Shown: in pieces, positions 63,221 through 64,000 of the stretch
Position numbering within the stretch: position 1 is the first letter of the stretch
Layout of the letters: each line of letters starts with the position of its first letter
Origin: Botryllus schlosseri
Lineage: Eukaryota
Length of the DNA stretch: 64,000 bases
Reading direction: 5' to 3'
Assembly: GCA_051294905.1 (NCBI GenBank)
Contig: CM119371.1
Coordinates: 29,266,001 to 29,330,000 of the forward strand
Translations under genes and position numbers: made by a program
Notes under the pieces: model-generated
Told to the model about the DNA's origin: nothing
The model's input: only the letters and a program-made list of their open reading frames with translations
The model's database searches: none

Positions 63221-64000
63221 ATCATAACATATCAATGGTTAATGGTTATACTCATCTACAGGTATAGAAATTGGAGTCTCACTTACTCGCACAAGCACAT
63301 TGTATATACAAGTAGAAAACATTCTAAGCTGGGAAAGGTAAAATCGGCTTCATGGGGTGGGGGTGGCATCAATAGGTAAATGTCACGACCTCATGAGATA
63401 CCATATAATGACTACTGGCGCAATTCTGGAACCATAGTGTCCTAAATTGTGTGGATGTGAACACAGCGATATCGAACGGATCACTGCGTTTGGGTTACGT
63501 CATACTTTTAATTTGATCAAAGGCAATTTCGCGGCAATTTTTGAACGACTTGCCGAGCGCTACATTTGATTAAACCGGTATCAATCGAATGCTGCTGCTG
63601 TACTGATTACGAAAATATAAATTTTATTCTGCTCGTGGTCCTGTAACCCCCCAACATTAGCTTCGATACGTTAAATCTGTCGTTGTTTATCGATTTTTCT
63701 GGCATTTTGAATGTTGGTTCCGAGGTTAAAATCAACGCGGTAGCCGGTGAGGCGTAACTTTGGTTGTCAGTTTTCGGATAGGTGGTTAGTGTTACTTATG
63801 CTCGATTGGATCGAGAATTATCATAAAAACCAAGCCTTTGCAAATGATCTTCAGACTGGTGGCACTGGGTTGCGGACTAGCTTGCCCACTTAACCACTTT
63901 CAAATCCTCAAAACCGCAACAGTACATTTTATGATCCTTTTTACCTCGATTTGAAATACTTAGCCTACTTTTGCAACGTAAACCATGACTAAGTGATAGT

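Overview
Eukaryotic genomic DNA, most likely from a marine invertebrate: AT-rich, GT-AG introns, dense in non-autonomous DNA transposons. (1) A minus-strand Cys-loop ligand-gated ion channel gene of the nicotinic acetylcholine receptor (nAChR) type. Eight phase-consistent coding exons span 62673 to 24958 (signal-peptide exon unresolved). It is a divergent non-alpha subunit lacking almost all acetylcholine-binding aromatic residues, with an altered M2 pore. (2) Its 23.4 kb intron 4 holds a tandem array (about 2.82-2.85 kb unit) of tRNA-Arg(TCG) and tRNA-Arg(ACG) genes and pseudogenes on the host strand. The two isoacceptors differ at only 3 of 73 positions. An inverted paralogous cluster sits at 3-8 kb. 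(3) A probably broken minus-strand gene at 20086-9258: a cyclin T-like first exon, then low-complexity exons with internal duplications and a frameshift, interrupted by an Academ-like transposon. (4) Many hAT-type MITEs with 8-bp target-site duplications (TSDs), some nested, plus a Harbinger-like element, a truncated LINE inside a tRNA relic, and Penelope-like terminal-repeat remnants with minimal hammerhead ribozyme motifs. All calls were read by eye; family assignments rest on recalled motifs, not database searches.
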